Below, one piece after another: positions 36,372 through 49,980 of a DNA stretch of 64,000 nt. The translations under genes were made by a program, and so were the position numbers. This DNA comes from Antedon mediterranea. Its lineage: Eukaryota; Animalia; Echinodermata. The notes beneath the pieces are model-generated. The model made no database searches. It was not told where the DNA came from and was given only the letters and a program-made list of their open reading frames with translations. Where the stretch lies: contig NC_092670.1 in the NCBI RefSeq assembly GCF_964355755.1, positions 39,482,388 to 39,546,387 of the forward strand, written 5' to 3'. The first letter of the stretch is position 1. Every line of letters starts with the position of its first letter.

Positions 36372-39300
36372 TTAATCAGAGTGCCTCAAATCAGGAAAAA
36401 CTTAGTACTAGTACAGTATCAATACCTTTTAATATCACAGCATATTTATTCAAATTTTACATGTTTAAATACGAATATTTCACTAAATATCTGTTTCTCA
36501 GAAACCATTTTCTGAAAACAAAACTATTCAACTGACATATTGAATTATTTGAGATGCAAAATTTGAAAAAATAAACAACATTTTACTGTAGAGGCTGAGC
36601 AAACTAAATAAAATATACCAAGCTACACAATGCATTTATGACAACCACACACGGTGAAAAAAATAAGTGTATTTACAAAATGCGCCACCACCCCCAAGGG
36701 AAGGCGAGGCAACAGGGGTCTATCGGGATTTGGCAAAAATAATACAGCAACAAAGAAAAGCAGACTATGATTACTTGATGACGTCTGATTATCATGAAAT
36801 ATTTGTAAGCCTCAAGTAATGTAAACAAGTTGTTAATTTACTTGCTGCAAAATTTGATAAAGACATATTATTATAGACACTACGCTTTGAAAATACTTTC
36901 TTAAAATGAGTAGGGGCAAAGAAATAATCAATGTAAATTAATAAAAATAGACACTTAATAGTATTTGTTCAAATGTTATTTATACAGTTTAAATATTATT
37001 GCTTGCATACATTTTTAATTTTTATTGATTAATTCTGCTTAAGCTTTGAGTAAACTTAAGCAACTTTCTCATGGTTTTGAGTGCTGTTGGATTCCATGTT
37101 GGTTTAGGAGCTATTTTTGGTTTAAACGATAAATTAGTTAGAGAAATAATAGTAAATAGTATATTTACATTTGTCTTGATTTGAATTTTCAACTCAGCCG
37201 AACCATCTTTGGACACCAACAACTTACATTTCTCTTCAATGATATCTATATTAAAAAAAAAAACAAATGACATACATTAGTAAGTAGTATATGAATATGA
37301 ATCAATACATTTAGACACTTCATCATTATTACATTTAATAAATCATTATTACATTTAATAAATTGATCATTTATTGTAATAAATCATTATGTCTCTTCTT
37401 CTTAAAACTTCCTTGTTCAAAATACTTTTGGTCTTATAGCATTGAAAATGATTGACTTTAGTAAATGTAGTATATAAATTATATTAATTAATAAACACTT
37501 ATATAAATCCATAATAGAAAAATAAAGCTTAAAAAAGAAGAACGACATTTCGACTCCATCATGGGGTCATTATCAAGTCCAATGAATTAAATATAAAAAG
37601 ACATATCACTACATTTTATAAATCCTTTTAATGCAATTTAAGTCTCCTTTTAAACTCCTTTGTTCAAAATATTTTGGTCTTGCTTATTCTGAATAAATAT
37701 TATTATTATTAAAACAAATTGAAAAGGAAGAAAAATACTTACATTTTAGGCGTCTTGATGTTACAACTTAAATCCAGGTTATGTTGGTAAACGATAAAAT
37801 GTAATTCTTCCAATGACAACTTGCTCTTTGGCCTCTATTAAATGTTTCAGATTCTTTACAGGTAGTAAAAAGTAAAAAGTGACTATTCCCTGGATATGAT
37901 GCTTAATTTCTGTAAGTAGGACTTTACTCCAATACACCCATCTGCACTCTACAAGAGAAAGCAAGTAAATGATTATAAAAACCAGTACAGTATCATTCAC
38001 AAAAGGCAGTGGATTAAACCATTATTTCACAGGGGTGATGGTTTAATCATATAGATGATGTTTCTCTATTGCACAAAACACCATTTGATATGGTTGCAAG
38101 ACCGGCAAAGTTTGTGCATTTTGACAAAATAGTATCAGGAATTTTTAAACAAAATCATAATTTGTAGATCAAATTACAAATATTAATATACAGTATCTTT
38201 TGAAGACAATTCATGTAGGGAATTACTTGACACCAATTTGGAGCTAATTGATGATACCAAGCTGTGCTAAGTATTCCAGCTCACTTTGAACACAAGTGAA
38301 ACGCACTCTTATGATATTGATACTTTGAAAATGTTTTGTCAAAGTTAAGTATGTAGATCTTTGCTTAAGTACTACATAACTTCATCTACTTTGAAAGTGG
38401 TCATTGTATTATCAAATGTAGCATAAAAGATGACCGATACTGGTTTTTGAAATAGAGTGGGGGAGGGGGGGGGGTGGTCCTGGTTCTAAAAATTGTAAAA
38501 TTAAGTGCTAAGCTTACCTATGTCCTATCTTTTGCAATGTATTTTTTTTCAAAATTTAGGGGAGGGGGTATGTGCCGGTTAGGATACAATTTAGTACTCA
38601 ACATCAATTTAATTATTACAGAATCATTAATTATGCAATAATGTATTAATAATGGTAATGGGTACATATAGCCTCTGGGGCTGGTCTTTATAAGTAGGGA
38701 CCATCGAGTAAATATTGCTTTAAAATAAAAAAAATACAACAAAAGCTGACCATATATATTACACATTAATATCAATTTCATGAATTGTTGTACCCCATTT
38801 TTAACAGATAGGCAGCCTTCTTTAGTGTATGTTAATTGCTTGACATACAGTAGGCTAATGCTCTGCTTATGATGTGACTGTCCATAAACTTTTTATGACA
38901 TGATTACAAAGATTCAAGGAATGTACTTAGTTGACACACCAATCTCACTGAAAGCATTTAAGATTTCTACCACATCCCATCTCTGAACAATGCTAACATA
39001 AGTGGACTTCTATCATGAATTATGGGAGATGTAGTTAATTGAAAGATTCAAGATTCAATTTTATTTTGCCAATTAAAATGGAAATAATGATAATGGTATG
39101 AAAATAAACATTAAACTGCCAAGGCTACAAAAAGTCTATTTAAATGATTTCAAAATAAAATACTAGTTGAATACACAAATAAAAGGACAGCTGCAATCTA
39201 TGAATTCAGTTTATTTCTTCCTCACTTAAATCAATTATTCACAAGTTTGTCTGCTAATTGGATGTTGAGGAACACTAATTAAAAAATACTCTTGACAATA

Positions 39301-42300
39301 TACAATACAGTATAGCCACTGTATTCAAATATGTGGGGCAAGGAAAAGGAGGAAAACAGTAATTAGAAAATCTGTACCAGGAATAATATACAGTAAAATT
39401 AATATATTTCCGTACATCTTTAAAAAATAGATACATTCATTTCCTGGTACGAAATGAGTAGATGAAAGGAGTATTGCCAGACCACTTTTTTACAAATAAA
39501 AATCATGTAAGAATATAATTACCATGACATTCAATATTACAATTTTTTATTACTGGTATATGTATTTATAAATATAAAGAGTAAATGAAAAGAGTAAGGA
39601 CTATTTAAAAAAAAATTGTCTATTTTCAATAGTCTCGCACCTAATGCGTAAAACTTAGAAGGTATGAATCATTAATTTACTTTCTATTCATTTGTTTAAA
39701 TTTTGATTATTTTATTGATAATTATATTTATAGCCTTTCTCTCGGTATTATCAATTCTTTCGTTCTGGTATGCAGTTTATTACTTATAAGCCTTAATCGT
39801 TTATAAATACATTTTCTGATTATTAAATCTCTAAAAACATCATGACTGTAGGCCTAATGCAATATCAATAAAGCTTTTAAAACTGCCTTGATTTCAATGT
39901 TTATGCAAAGATTATAAATTCTCAGATTATAACTAATAACTTAAAGCAACACTTTTCATCAACAGAAATTAAACTTAAGTCACATACTATAGGGCATTAT
40001 CCTGCTATATATAAATCCATGCTTTAAGCAACTAAGTAAAGTACTTAGAACCTAATTAGCAATTTTATGCTCTGGTGGATTTACTTAATACTTTAGACTC
40101 ATGGTTCAAATCACTCCTAGCACAAAGTGATATATGTGAGCCTAAATAATTCAAAAGGTGTTAAATTATGAAATAGACCGGAATTTTGCAAAAATATTAA
40201 GAACTTTTATGCCAATCATTTAAGACAGTGACCTTATTAAAATAACCTGGAATACCCTAATTATGTCCAACACTTGAATTTGTTTATTGTTTTTCACAGT
40301 GTATTTGGGAACTCCACAATTCAATTATTACAACTTTCAGCATCACTTACTACTGAAGCTAGTGGCAGATCATGGTATTTTGAAATAAGGGGAGAGGTGA
40401 GAGAGCTACTGTAGTTGGTGGTGCAGATGAGTTATTGGAAATTGGCAAAACTGGTGAACTTACCTAATGCCCTATATTTTACAAAAGGTTCAATGGGATG
40501 TGTCTCTTTCCATACCTCCACAATTTACTGGTTCATCAGAACTTTTTATTATTTATATATTCTAAAGTTTTCAATTTCAAGTTCCAGCAATATTTGAAAA
40601 CAGCATTGTATATATTCTAAAGAAATTCAACATTTAATCAATTTAACTTTCAAAGAATGCCTTTGTAAGAGTTATATAAACACACAAAAGTGTCTCTATT
40701 TTAATTTCGGTTAAATTCAATTTAGCAAATGAGCAATGACTTCCAATTTTTGTTTAAGATACTCAAGGAAAACAAAATCAATAGACATAAAAAAAAAATC
40801 AGCTAATTAAAAATACACACAAAATAAAAGATATTACAAGCCAGGGAAAATAAGTATTTTGTTGGGGTTCCTGTTTGAGAGAAAACATGAAATGCAATGA
40901 ACTGAAAAGTCGGAGAAGAATGAGGACAATTAACTTTCCAAATGATCTATAATTGTAAAACTAAAAGTTAATTTTCACTTTAAAAAGTACAAATTCCAAA
41001 GGTCAAGATCAAATGTTATTATAATATCTTCAAGGTTAAAACTGTCATGGCCGCCATTAAAATATTCTATGGTTTCTTTGGGACATAAAATTTAATTGGA
41101 TAGTTTATGAGGTTTTAAAGAATTTTATACAGAATTAATTTGCGAGTTTGGCTTTATAATATGACACTAGGAAATATTGAATCAGAAATAATTATAAAGT
41201 ATATAGTATGGATATAAAATAATGCCAATAAAAGTATAACCTATCTTCTTTTTTTTCAAGAGAATGGAAGCATTAAGAAACAGTTACCATGTGGTAGCTT
41301 ATATTTTACTACCGATTTTACTACAAGAAAAATGCGTATTTAGAAACTTGGACTGGGTATGCGCACATCCCAAAGCACGTCTGAAAAAAAGAGAGTCTAT
41401 GAAAACATTTTCTGAAAAATATCGAGATGCATGTAGACGGTAGTTACTGTGAGATGAGCTGTGTTTTTTTAAAGAAATATTTCTTGTTTATTCTTTATTT
41501 CAAAACTACAACTGTGGCTTGCTCATATCTCCAATCTACTTTTTGTGGGTATAAAATGATAAAATCATAAAATATTTGAATATAGAAATTCCTTTTTTGA
41601 TCAAACCAATGGTAAAATACAAAATTAGATTTTTAGAAAATTATTTAAATTTGAAATATTGAAAACTGTAAATTTTGGTGATTTAGAAATAAAAAAGTGT
41701 CTTTCTTGTCCATCATCCACCCAACGGACAATGAATTCTGTATTCTAATTCTTTCTATCTACTTCACCACACAATAACCCGATTTGAGGCCCGTTGTCTG
41801 GCGGTAGCAGCACCCTGTAAGCTGTTGGGAACAATGGTAAGATCGAGGACCCTAGCAAGAGTAGAATACAGTGTAAATATAATATAGAGACCTGTATAAA
41901 CATTATATCATCCTTTAGATTGTCAACAACAAAGGTAAGTGATGGATCTTGTTATTCACAATATACATAGCAAACATTCATGTAATGCTTACAATGGTTG
42001 GTAAGGGCTATGTTACTTAAATTGAACAAAATAATGTGAAGGTCTATTGTAAAAAATAGACTTGTACATAACATATGCCTACTGCTGCACATATAAAATA
42101 AATTCATGATTACAGTTTTCTTACTGCATTTAAAATTAATTTCAGTCTGTAGTGAAGTACTTTTCAACATTGTATAGTATTAATAAAAAGTATAAAATGT
42201 TTTTATATTATAAAGTTATAATCTTTCTGATATGATGCTTGGACTCCACAATCAAAGCAAAGTTTACAAGGGTACCATTTTTTTTTACATATTATTTTTT

Positions 42301-43865
42301 AGAAATTTTACATTGTATTTTCTTCAAATAAATGTGTTCAATATTTTATCTTCTTGAATATGTTGATGTGAAAATGCCTTGATTTATTAAGACATTTAAT
42401 AAAGCTAACTTGTGATGTATTTAAACACGCTTTATGCACAGAATATTTTAATATATGTGCAGGTATATTACATTTAAATAATATATTTACAACAATACAA
42501 GCTAATGTAGTGATTTGTTTATTTATTATTTATTTCAAAAACACATCCCAAGGGAGAAGCTGTACATATATAATAGTACATACTTTTATAAAATACACAG
42601 CATAAATTGTTAATGTTATATTTATGATTAAAGAACATTTAATATTACTTCGATCATCCAAGCTTTAATGTAGGCTACAATAACTAAAAAATATCTCCCC
42701 CCACCCCACCCCCCAAAAAAAATCTACATACAAATCTGTAGAACTACCCTACCTTTGGCATTTGCGGATTCCAATGATTAAAATATTGATGAACATCAAA
42801 AAACTACCTCAAAAGGAACTGTTGTGTGGAACATATCAAGGCTAACAATAAAGCTACAAATGGCAGTCAACCTCACGTTCACAAACACTGGGTGATCACA
42901 TGTTCCGGATTGTTCATTGTCATTGGTCTCGGAAACAACACTGTGTAGTTTTATTTACTTAAGTGATAAACGTTTGTAACGAGCATTTACTGAGTGTTGG
43001 GTGTTGTGTTAAATCTTACATGCGATTATAACACCCTAAGGCACATAGTGTACTACCAATACAGTATGTACTTTGAGGTTATAGTACTTTGTACTGTACT
43101 TAGTACCAGGTAAGGCCATCTCATTTCACTGGTAGTCTAACATACAAAACAATACAATACATGCATTGTAATTCAATTACATTGTGATGATAACGAATGG
43201 TCTATAATAGTTCTAACTTTAGTATGTTTTATGTTATATAATTGAGAATAATCTAGCATTTTACAAAGAAACAGACTATCATACAAGTATGTCTTGAAAC
43301 TTTTAAATTTGTAATAACATTTTTAAAATATCGGAATTTGAAGAAACAAATTAATATATCTTCAATGAATTAACACCTTTATGACAGCTGATAGGTCTAT
43401 AGTATAAAACTCTTCCACAACATTTCTTCCAAAACTGTATAATATTTGTCCTTAATGAGGCAACTATATTTTTCAATGAGATTAAATGAGGCTTAAATCT
43501 AGCATAGAAAATTCAAAATTCTGCAGTTACGCTTGAAATCAAGACTTTATTTCTGGTAGATTACGCGCTACACCAGCTCAAGTCAACTTTAACACCAACA
43601 TTTAATTAAGCATGCCTTTACAGTTATTTGTAAACAAACACAATGGACTTTGATATGCCGACTCAGGAACACACACTGAGGGGAAATAACACAATTATCA
43701 TCTAAAGAAAAGTTGCTCTTTTGCAGTTTTTGCTGATTGTATTATGATTGGTAACTTTTATTTTAAAATAAATATAAATTAAATTATAACTGTTGGAGGC
43801 CAATGCTGAATTGGAAATACAATGTTTAAAATAAAACTAGAAAGAAATACATAAATAACTGGTAA

Positions 43866-43934
43866 TCATTGAAGATTCGAACCTGGATTTCTGCTTGATA
43901 AGCAGACATTCTACCTATTATTCTATTGGATGAA
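43866..43934 (-). pseudogene. Degenerate tRNA-like relic (tRNA-Asp-like pseudogene or SINE head)
   Basis: Anticodon-like arm TCTGC-TTATCAA-GCAGA followed by CCAGGTTCGAATC; acceptor and T stems are poor. Confidence 0.35.
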
Positions 43935-45881
43935 TCTTTAACTTTATTGTACAAACAAAAAACATATAATTATACATTTTGGAAACACGCAAAACGTTTT
44001 GCAATTTTTAAGTAGTTAAACCATGGAGCTATAGCTCCATGGTTAAACACTTGGTTTTTTTATTTCAAAACATTTATTTCTCTTCTCTTTTCTATGTACA
44101 GTACAAAGTTTGTAATAAAATAATTATAAATAAGAATGGCGAAACCCAAAAAGAGAAAACTTGTGAAGGGCTTCCTAAAATAAAAAATATGGTACAATTT
44201 TATTTGGTGTCAATCAAGACTTACAAAAGTTAAAAAAATCTGTAAAATCAGCTGCGGATATAAACTACTAAAAATTTAAAAACATATTTGTAAAGGAAAA
44301 ATGGTTAAATTTACTGTACTGTTAAACACAGAACCTTCAAACATCATGTTCTAGGCTAAAGTGGGTGGCTGGTTAGGCTACCACCTTATGTTGAATAGTT
44401 ACATAGGGTACCTTCCGAATCCCTGATAATAATATCTTAACATTATTTCATTACAAGTCATGATACTAAGCAAACATACACCGGACATTTGCAAACACTT
44501 GTATGTATTGAGTATGAGACAAGGTGACATCAAATTGGGTTACAATGTTAAGACTTAAGAAACGTGCCACTCTAACCTTAAATTCACCTTTACTCGATTC
44601 AGCGACATCAAACCAAAGTTCATTAACTTAAGTCCCTGGGCTTACACGTACATTCTTCAAGGATTAAAAGCCAGACTTAAATTAAAGCTATTCAATATAA
44701 TAATAGTATTACAACCTGTGGAACTAAAACCTAAGAACATATAGAAATTTCACCAAGTCCTCCAGCCTAAGAATACCTTGTTTTCTTAAGGTGTTGTGCT
44801 TTGTGCAACTTGGCACGTTCAATGCCTAACAGTAACATTCTTTTACTGTTAATTCCCTAACTATTGTTGGGAGCAAATAAAGTTGTGGTTTAGATTAATG
44901 AATTTTAGGTAAATCTTTTTTAGTGACATCCTAAAGCCTTAAGATAAGCTTTAAAATCTGTAAAACCTATTCAAATAAAAAGTTAATAAAAAATTGCTTT
45001 TTAGCAGAATTATCTAAATTTAAACTTTTTCCATCAGAGTAGTTTGTACCTCCGTTATATCATATTGATTTAGTTATTGCTGTAATTTAAAGTTTTGAGC
45101 AAAATGTCAAAATGAATTTCCTCTTAGACAAAAAAAAACTATAGAATAGTAGTTTAAATTGTAGAAATTAATACAAATAAATACACAATTACTTATTAAT
45201 CAATATACTGTAATATCAATTTTAGATTAAAAACATGTACATAACTGAACATGTTTTTCAAAAAAAAAAAATCATACAATTTAAATACTAGTGTATTGAA
45301 TTTCAAGGCACATTCTCAAATTACGAAATGATATAAAAACAGTAATTATTTGTTCACGCCAAATTTGTTGTGATATCAAACTGGAAATAAAGCGTTAAAT
45401 TGTTGGCACGAAAGCAAACCATTTCACATTGCTGTATAATTATGTTAATATGACTCATTGTGCATCAAATTAAGGGCGGATGAATTTCTAAAACGATATT
45501 TTCGTTGACAGAAATGGATGGGCTATGAAATACCACAATGACACGTTATATAAACATTGACACCATATGAATCAATTTCTGTCGCCTTTAGTGATAAAAT
45601 CTTTAAATATAATATCAATACGTTTTGTGTACCATTCTTCCTCTGTTGTCAAAACAAAAATACACTGTTTTTAGATTTCAAATAGGCTGAGTGAGAGCAT
45701 GGTGAGGGCATGATATTTGTTCTACAAATATTGTATAAAGTTGTATAAAACATTATATTCATATTAGTAGTTATAATCCAAGTCATTATCAGACTGCAGA
45801 AATGGATTCATGTAGAAAGTAAAAGTTATTCTTTGCTACAGCCCCTGGGAAGGTAGAGCGTGCTGAGCACACGACTTCTAC

Positions 45882-46682
45882 TGTTATGCGCGATTTGAAA
45901 GATTTGCGCAATTTGAAATTGCGCAAAAAAATCCTTGCGCAATTTTAAATTGCGCAAAGAATTCTTGCGCAATTTTAAATTGCGCAAGGATTTTTTTGCG
46001 CAATTTCAAATTGCGCAATCAACTTGCGCAATTTCAAATTGCGCAAGAAAATCTTTGCGCAATTTTAAATTGCGCTGCACAATTTGTAAATTGCGCAAGA
46101 TAGTTCTTGCGCAATATGACACCTTTGCGCAATTTGAAAACGAACTATAAATTTTCCCATACATGGCTCTAGGCTAGGCCTAGGCAGAGGAGTTTAAAAT
46201 TTAGTATTTTATTATATAAATAAGACCATTTCAATGAAGATAATGTTTAATACTCACTTTTTAAGTTTTTAATATTAGTTTAAGCTAGGCCATGTAACCT
46301 AGTCAGTATCAGTAGTCCAGACCCTAGCTAGGCTAGAGTAGTATAGCCGGCCGCCCGCGCCGCGCCCGCCTGGTGGAACACCACCGCTTCGTTTTCCTTC
46401 GTCGGTTCTTCGACGGTATGCTAACTTATAACAATATTTGCACTACTAAAATAAGGAAATGCGATATTTATCTTTAATTTTGAATCATTCTTAGAAATTA
46501 CTATAAAAATATGGGTGTGCATGATTTCACAATCTGTCGAAAAACCTTGCGCAATTTGCAGATTACTTGCGCAATTTAATACGTTGCTTGCGCAATTTGA
46601 AACACATGTTTCAATTCAAATTGCGCAAGGATTTTTTTTGCGCAATTTCAAATTGCGCAAATCGTTCAAATCGCGCATAACA
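45882..46682. mobile_element. Non-autonomous Ginger-like element with long TIRs and TTGCGCAA arrays
   Basis: TGTTATGCGCGATTTGAA..TTCAAATCGCGCATAACA; the inverted repeat extends over 60 bp; 4-bp TSD CTAC at 45878-45881 and 46683-46686. Confidence 0.85.
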
Positions 46683-46786
46683 CTACCACCATCGCCACCT
46701 GGGCGACTAATCGACGAAGTTATTCAAATTCACGCCTGACTTTTTTAGCTTCAAAACAATATGTAAATTATAACGGAAATACTTAC

Positions 46787-47040
46787 CAATTTGGAGAGTA
46801 AGGCCTAAAAATCAAGGAAAACACTTCAACGTTCTTATTATTGTTCGTGAGTAAGGCGTTTGCAGTATTAGTAAACCTTCCAAATTCCAAAAATTTAGGC
46901 CTAGACTAGACCAGAACAGACTAAAATACGGCACATGCGGCTGTGTAAAAATATACCGTCCGTCCGTGACCTTTGGATTTAGAACAGACTGTTCACGTGA
47001 TACAGGTGGTATTGCGCGAGCGCTAAATATTAAAGTTTTC
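46787..47040 (-). promoter_or_regulatory. Probable promoter and non-coding first exon of the LYPD6-like gene
   Basis: Minus-strand donor TTG|GTAAGT at 46787/46786; locally CpG-rich; CACGTG at 46994; no coding gene recognised between here and the acceptor at 22131. Confidence 0.45.
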
Positions 47041-47628
47041 ACACTTGGTAATTCAGCCCGAAAAATATTTTTAATTAGGTTTTTGTAAGACTCAATAGAA
47101 TTATGTACAGGAAAGCGAAGGAAATTAAAAGAAAAAATGCTCTTAAGAAAGCAATGTTTCGCTGACTATCGTAGCCATGCCATAGCCTACTGTAGGCATA
47201 ATATATCAATAAAAAAATATGATGATACTAATAAATAATATTTATGCCTATTGTATAGATAATTAATAGTGGATACTATTAATTATGTTTCTTTGTCGAC
47301 TACCGTAGCCTGTACTGTAGAAATTTATCAATAAAAAATAATATGAAACAGATGAAATATATACCTATATTGATTCAGAGTGGATTCTATTATCATCTAC
47401 GTAAACTTTCGTTGGTACATTACTAAAACAACTTTGTGTATAATTAATGATAAGCAAAACAATCTAATCAACCACTTGATGATTATAATACGCGTCCCAT
47501 GTGTCGACTTAGGCAAATAAGGTGACAACTTAAAGGTACCGAAACATTGGTTGAATAAATAGCAGATATAGGCCCTACTACATGGCATATATACTATCAG
47601 AATATTAGATATACGTCTGTAGTTTATT

Positions 47629-47812
47629 CAGTGGCGTAACGCGCAGAGGTCTGATGTCCCGGGCTTTAGGAACCCTAAGTGGCCCTACAACTGGAGGCCT
47701 CTTTTAGCCTTTTTCGAATATTTTAAATGCCTGTTTTTTCCTCTGGACACTGCTCTCAGGATTCGGGACCCCTGGGTTTAGCCAGTGAGCACTCGTAGCC
47801 GTTACGCCACTA
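47629..47812. mobile_element. Small hAT-like MITE
   Basis: CAGTGGCGTAACG..CGTTACGCCACTA with a degenerate 8-bp TSD (AGTTTATT/AGTTTGGT); relatives near 22520-22655, 52833-52990 and 62255-62326. Confidence 0.7.
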
Positions 47813-49009
47813 AGTTTGGTAGGTTGGGTATATGATTGAGAACTTATGAGGTCTTATTTGCCAAATGTAGTTTATTTTCTTTATCTGATTCTTCTTCCCC
47901 TCCCGATCTTTTCAAAGTTAAATTTGTTTCCTTCTCCTCACACTTTTGGTCTTCATATATTCTCACTATCGTAATCTGGGTCTAAGTACAACCGGTAAGT
48001 TATATCATTTTCCTCCATGGTTATATTCGTAGGCCTACCATTGAAAAACTTGCCATAAACCACGGTTTAGTAGATTACGCAGGGAAGTGTAAATATTTGA
48101 TTAAGATAAAAACAACTATAGAGCACAACAACCCCGAGTTTCTTGACGATAACGGCCGACAATATTCCTAATACTTGTCCTTGATACTAAGTACGTTATC
48201 GGTGATAAACTTTAAATGTGTTTACTTTATAATACTTTTCTAAGTTTTCATTATTTTTAATTCGTTATTTAAAGATATCCCCTGAAAAGATTATTATAAT
48301 TTTTTTTAATATCCCCATTTTAATTTCACATTGTCCAAAAATTGGATCAAGAATTATTTACCAGAAAAAACTGTAATTTAAAGCAAAAAATAGTTGAATT
48401 GGCTGCCAGCCAATAAGTTTTTGGTTGAATTTAACTATTTATTTTGTAATTTTATATTTGAAAACATTAGTTTTGTTTTTGTTTGTTTGACGGAATTAAT
48501 GATTAACTTAAAAATAACCCATTCAAAGTCTGATTTAATTAATCTTCATTGTTTATGTTTTTGGGGGACAAAACATAGAAATCTTATTAAAATACGGTCC
48601 TCTGTTTAGCCATAACTTACTTATTTCAGCAGTAGAACTAAATTTATTATAGGCGCGAATTTTTTCCCGGTAAAGTTGAACTTTAAAAAAATTATAGATG
48701 GCGCTATATATGAAAAAGAGAGCACATGTGTATGTATTGCGTGTACGTAATAAACCAAAACAAACATAAACTTTGGCCCTATAGTGTCCTTTCTCTTTAT
48801 TCGTCCGTGCTTATTACTACTAGTCAGTATGGGGGTGGACAAAAGAAATATATTAATGCAAAAATTGGATCATGAACGGTATTTTTGCAACTATAAATAA
48901 TTTGTCTAGAATCATATAGCCTAGAGTTATTTTTAGAGGTATAAAGTTGGTTGGCCTAGCTATCCGTCCTATCTATACGCATACTCTACGCCGTCGGTCG
49001 ACAGCCAGC

Positions 49010-49946
49010 ATGCAGCAGCAGGCCTGGCCTACCTCTCCCGGTCGGTAAGCCGAGGCCTAGGCCTATCTTAAGCACCGAAGCTGGCTCCTAGTATTTGTGT
49101 TTTACTGTACTGAAGAGTATTGATTATATCAGTAATATTTATAAATTTAAAGCCTTTATTTAATGATGATTGATAATATCATGGAGTAAAGAATTTACTC
49201 CATGATAATATTAATATGATATATTAATTTTTATTTTAAATTTAATTTGTTCCAACAGAGTGATATATTGGACTGCCTGCGCTTGTATAACGTTTTGTAC
49301 ACTTTACACAATCTACTGGCTTCGTAATCAGTTTTTCATCGCAAGACGCGGAAAATACGTGTTGATAACTGGATGCGATACAGGATTTGGAAATAAATTA
49401 GCACGAGCGCTTGATAAACAAGAATGCCATGTGTTTGCTATGTGTTTCACCGAAGATGGCATGCAGAAGTTAAATGCGGATACATCAGAGAGGTTGCATT
49501 GTATTCAGCTCGATGTTAGAAAGCATGACAGTGTTTTAAAGGCATATGATGAAGTAAAACGAATCCTTCCAGCTCATAAAGGTACTCTACAAGCTTAGAT
49601 TGAAGTCTATATTATAAGTAAAATCTCCTCCTTCAGGACACTGCTATTAAGGGGACACTCTCAACACTACACAACCAACCCCTATTTCTCAGGTCCCTTA
49701 ATAGGACTTTTATCAAATAAACCAAAGTGTAAATCAAAGATAGAAAATTAAAGCCCATTTACCTACAACTTGATAATGAAGTTTTACATTCTTACTCATT
49801 TAAAAAACAAAATCCCTATGGTATCACACACATGTTTATACTAATATTAGTGTGGCCGAGCGGTTAAGACTGTAACCGTAATCCATAGCCATAACATCGG
49901 CAAGGGTTCGAGGCTCACTCGCTCCATGGTTCTGGTGGTAGAACAA

Positions 49947-49980
<34 letters not shown>

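Noticed and set aside
45935-46150. LRNFKLRK repeat peptide
   Set aside because: Translation of the TTGCGCAA palindromic array.
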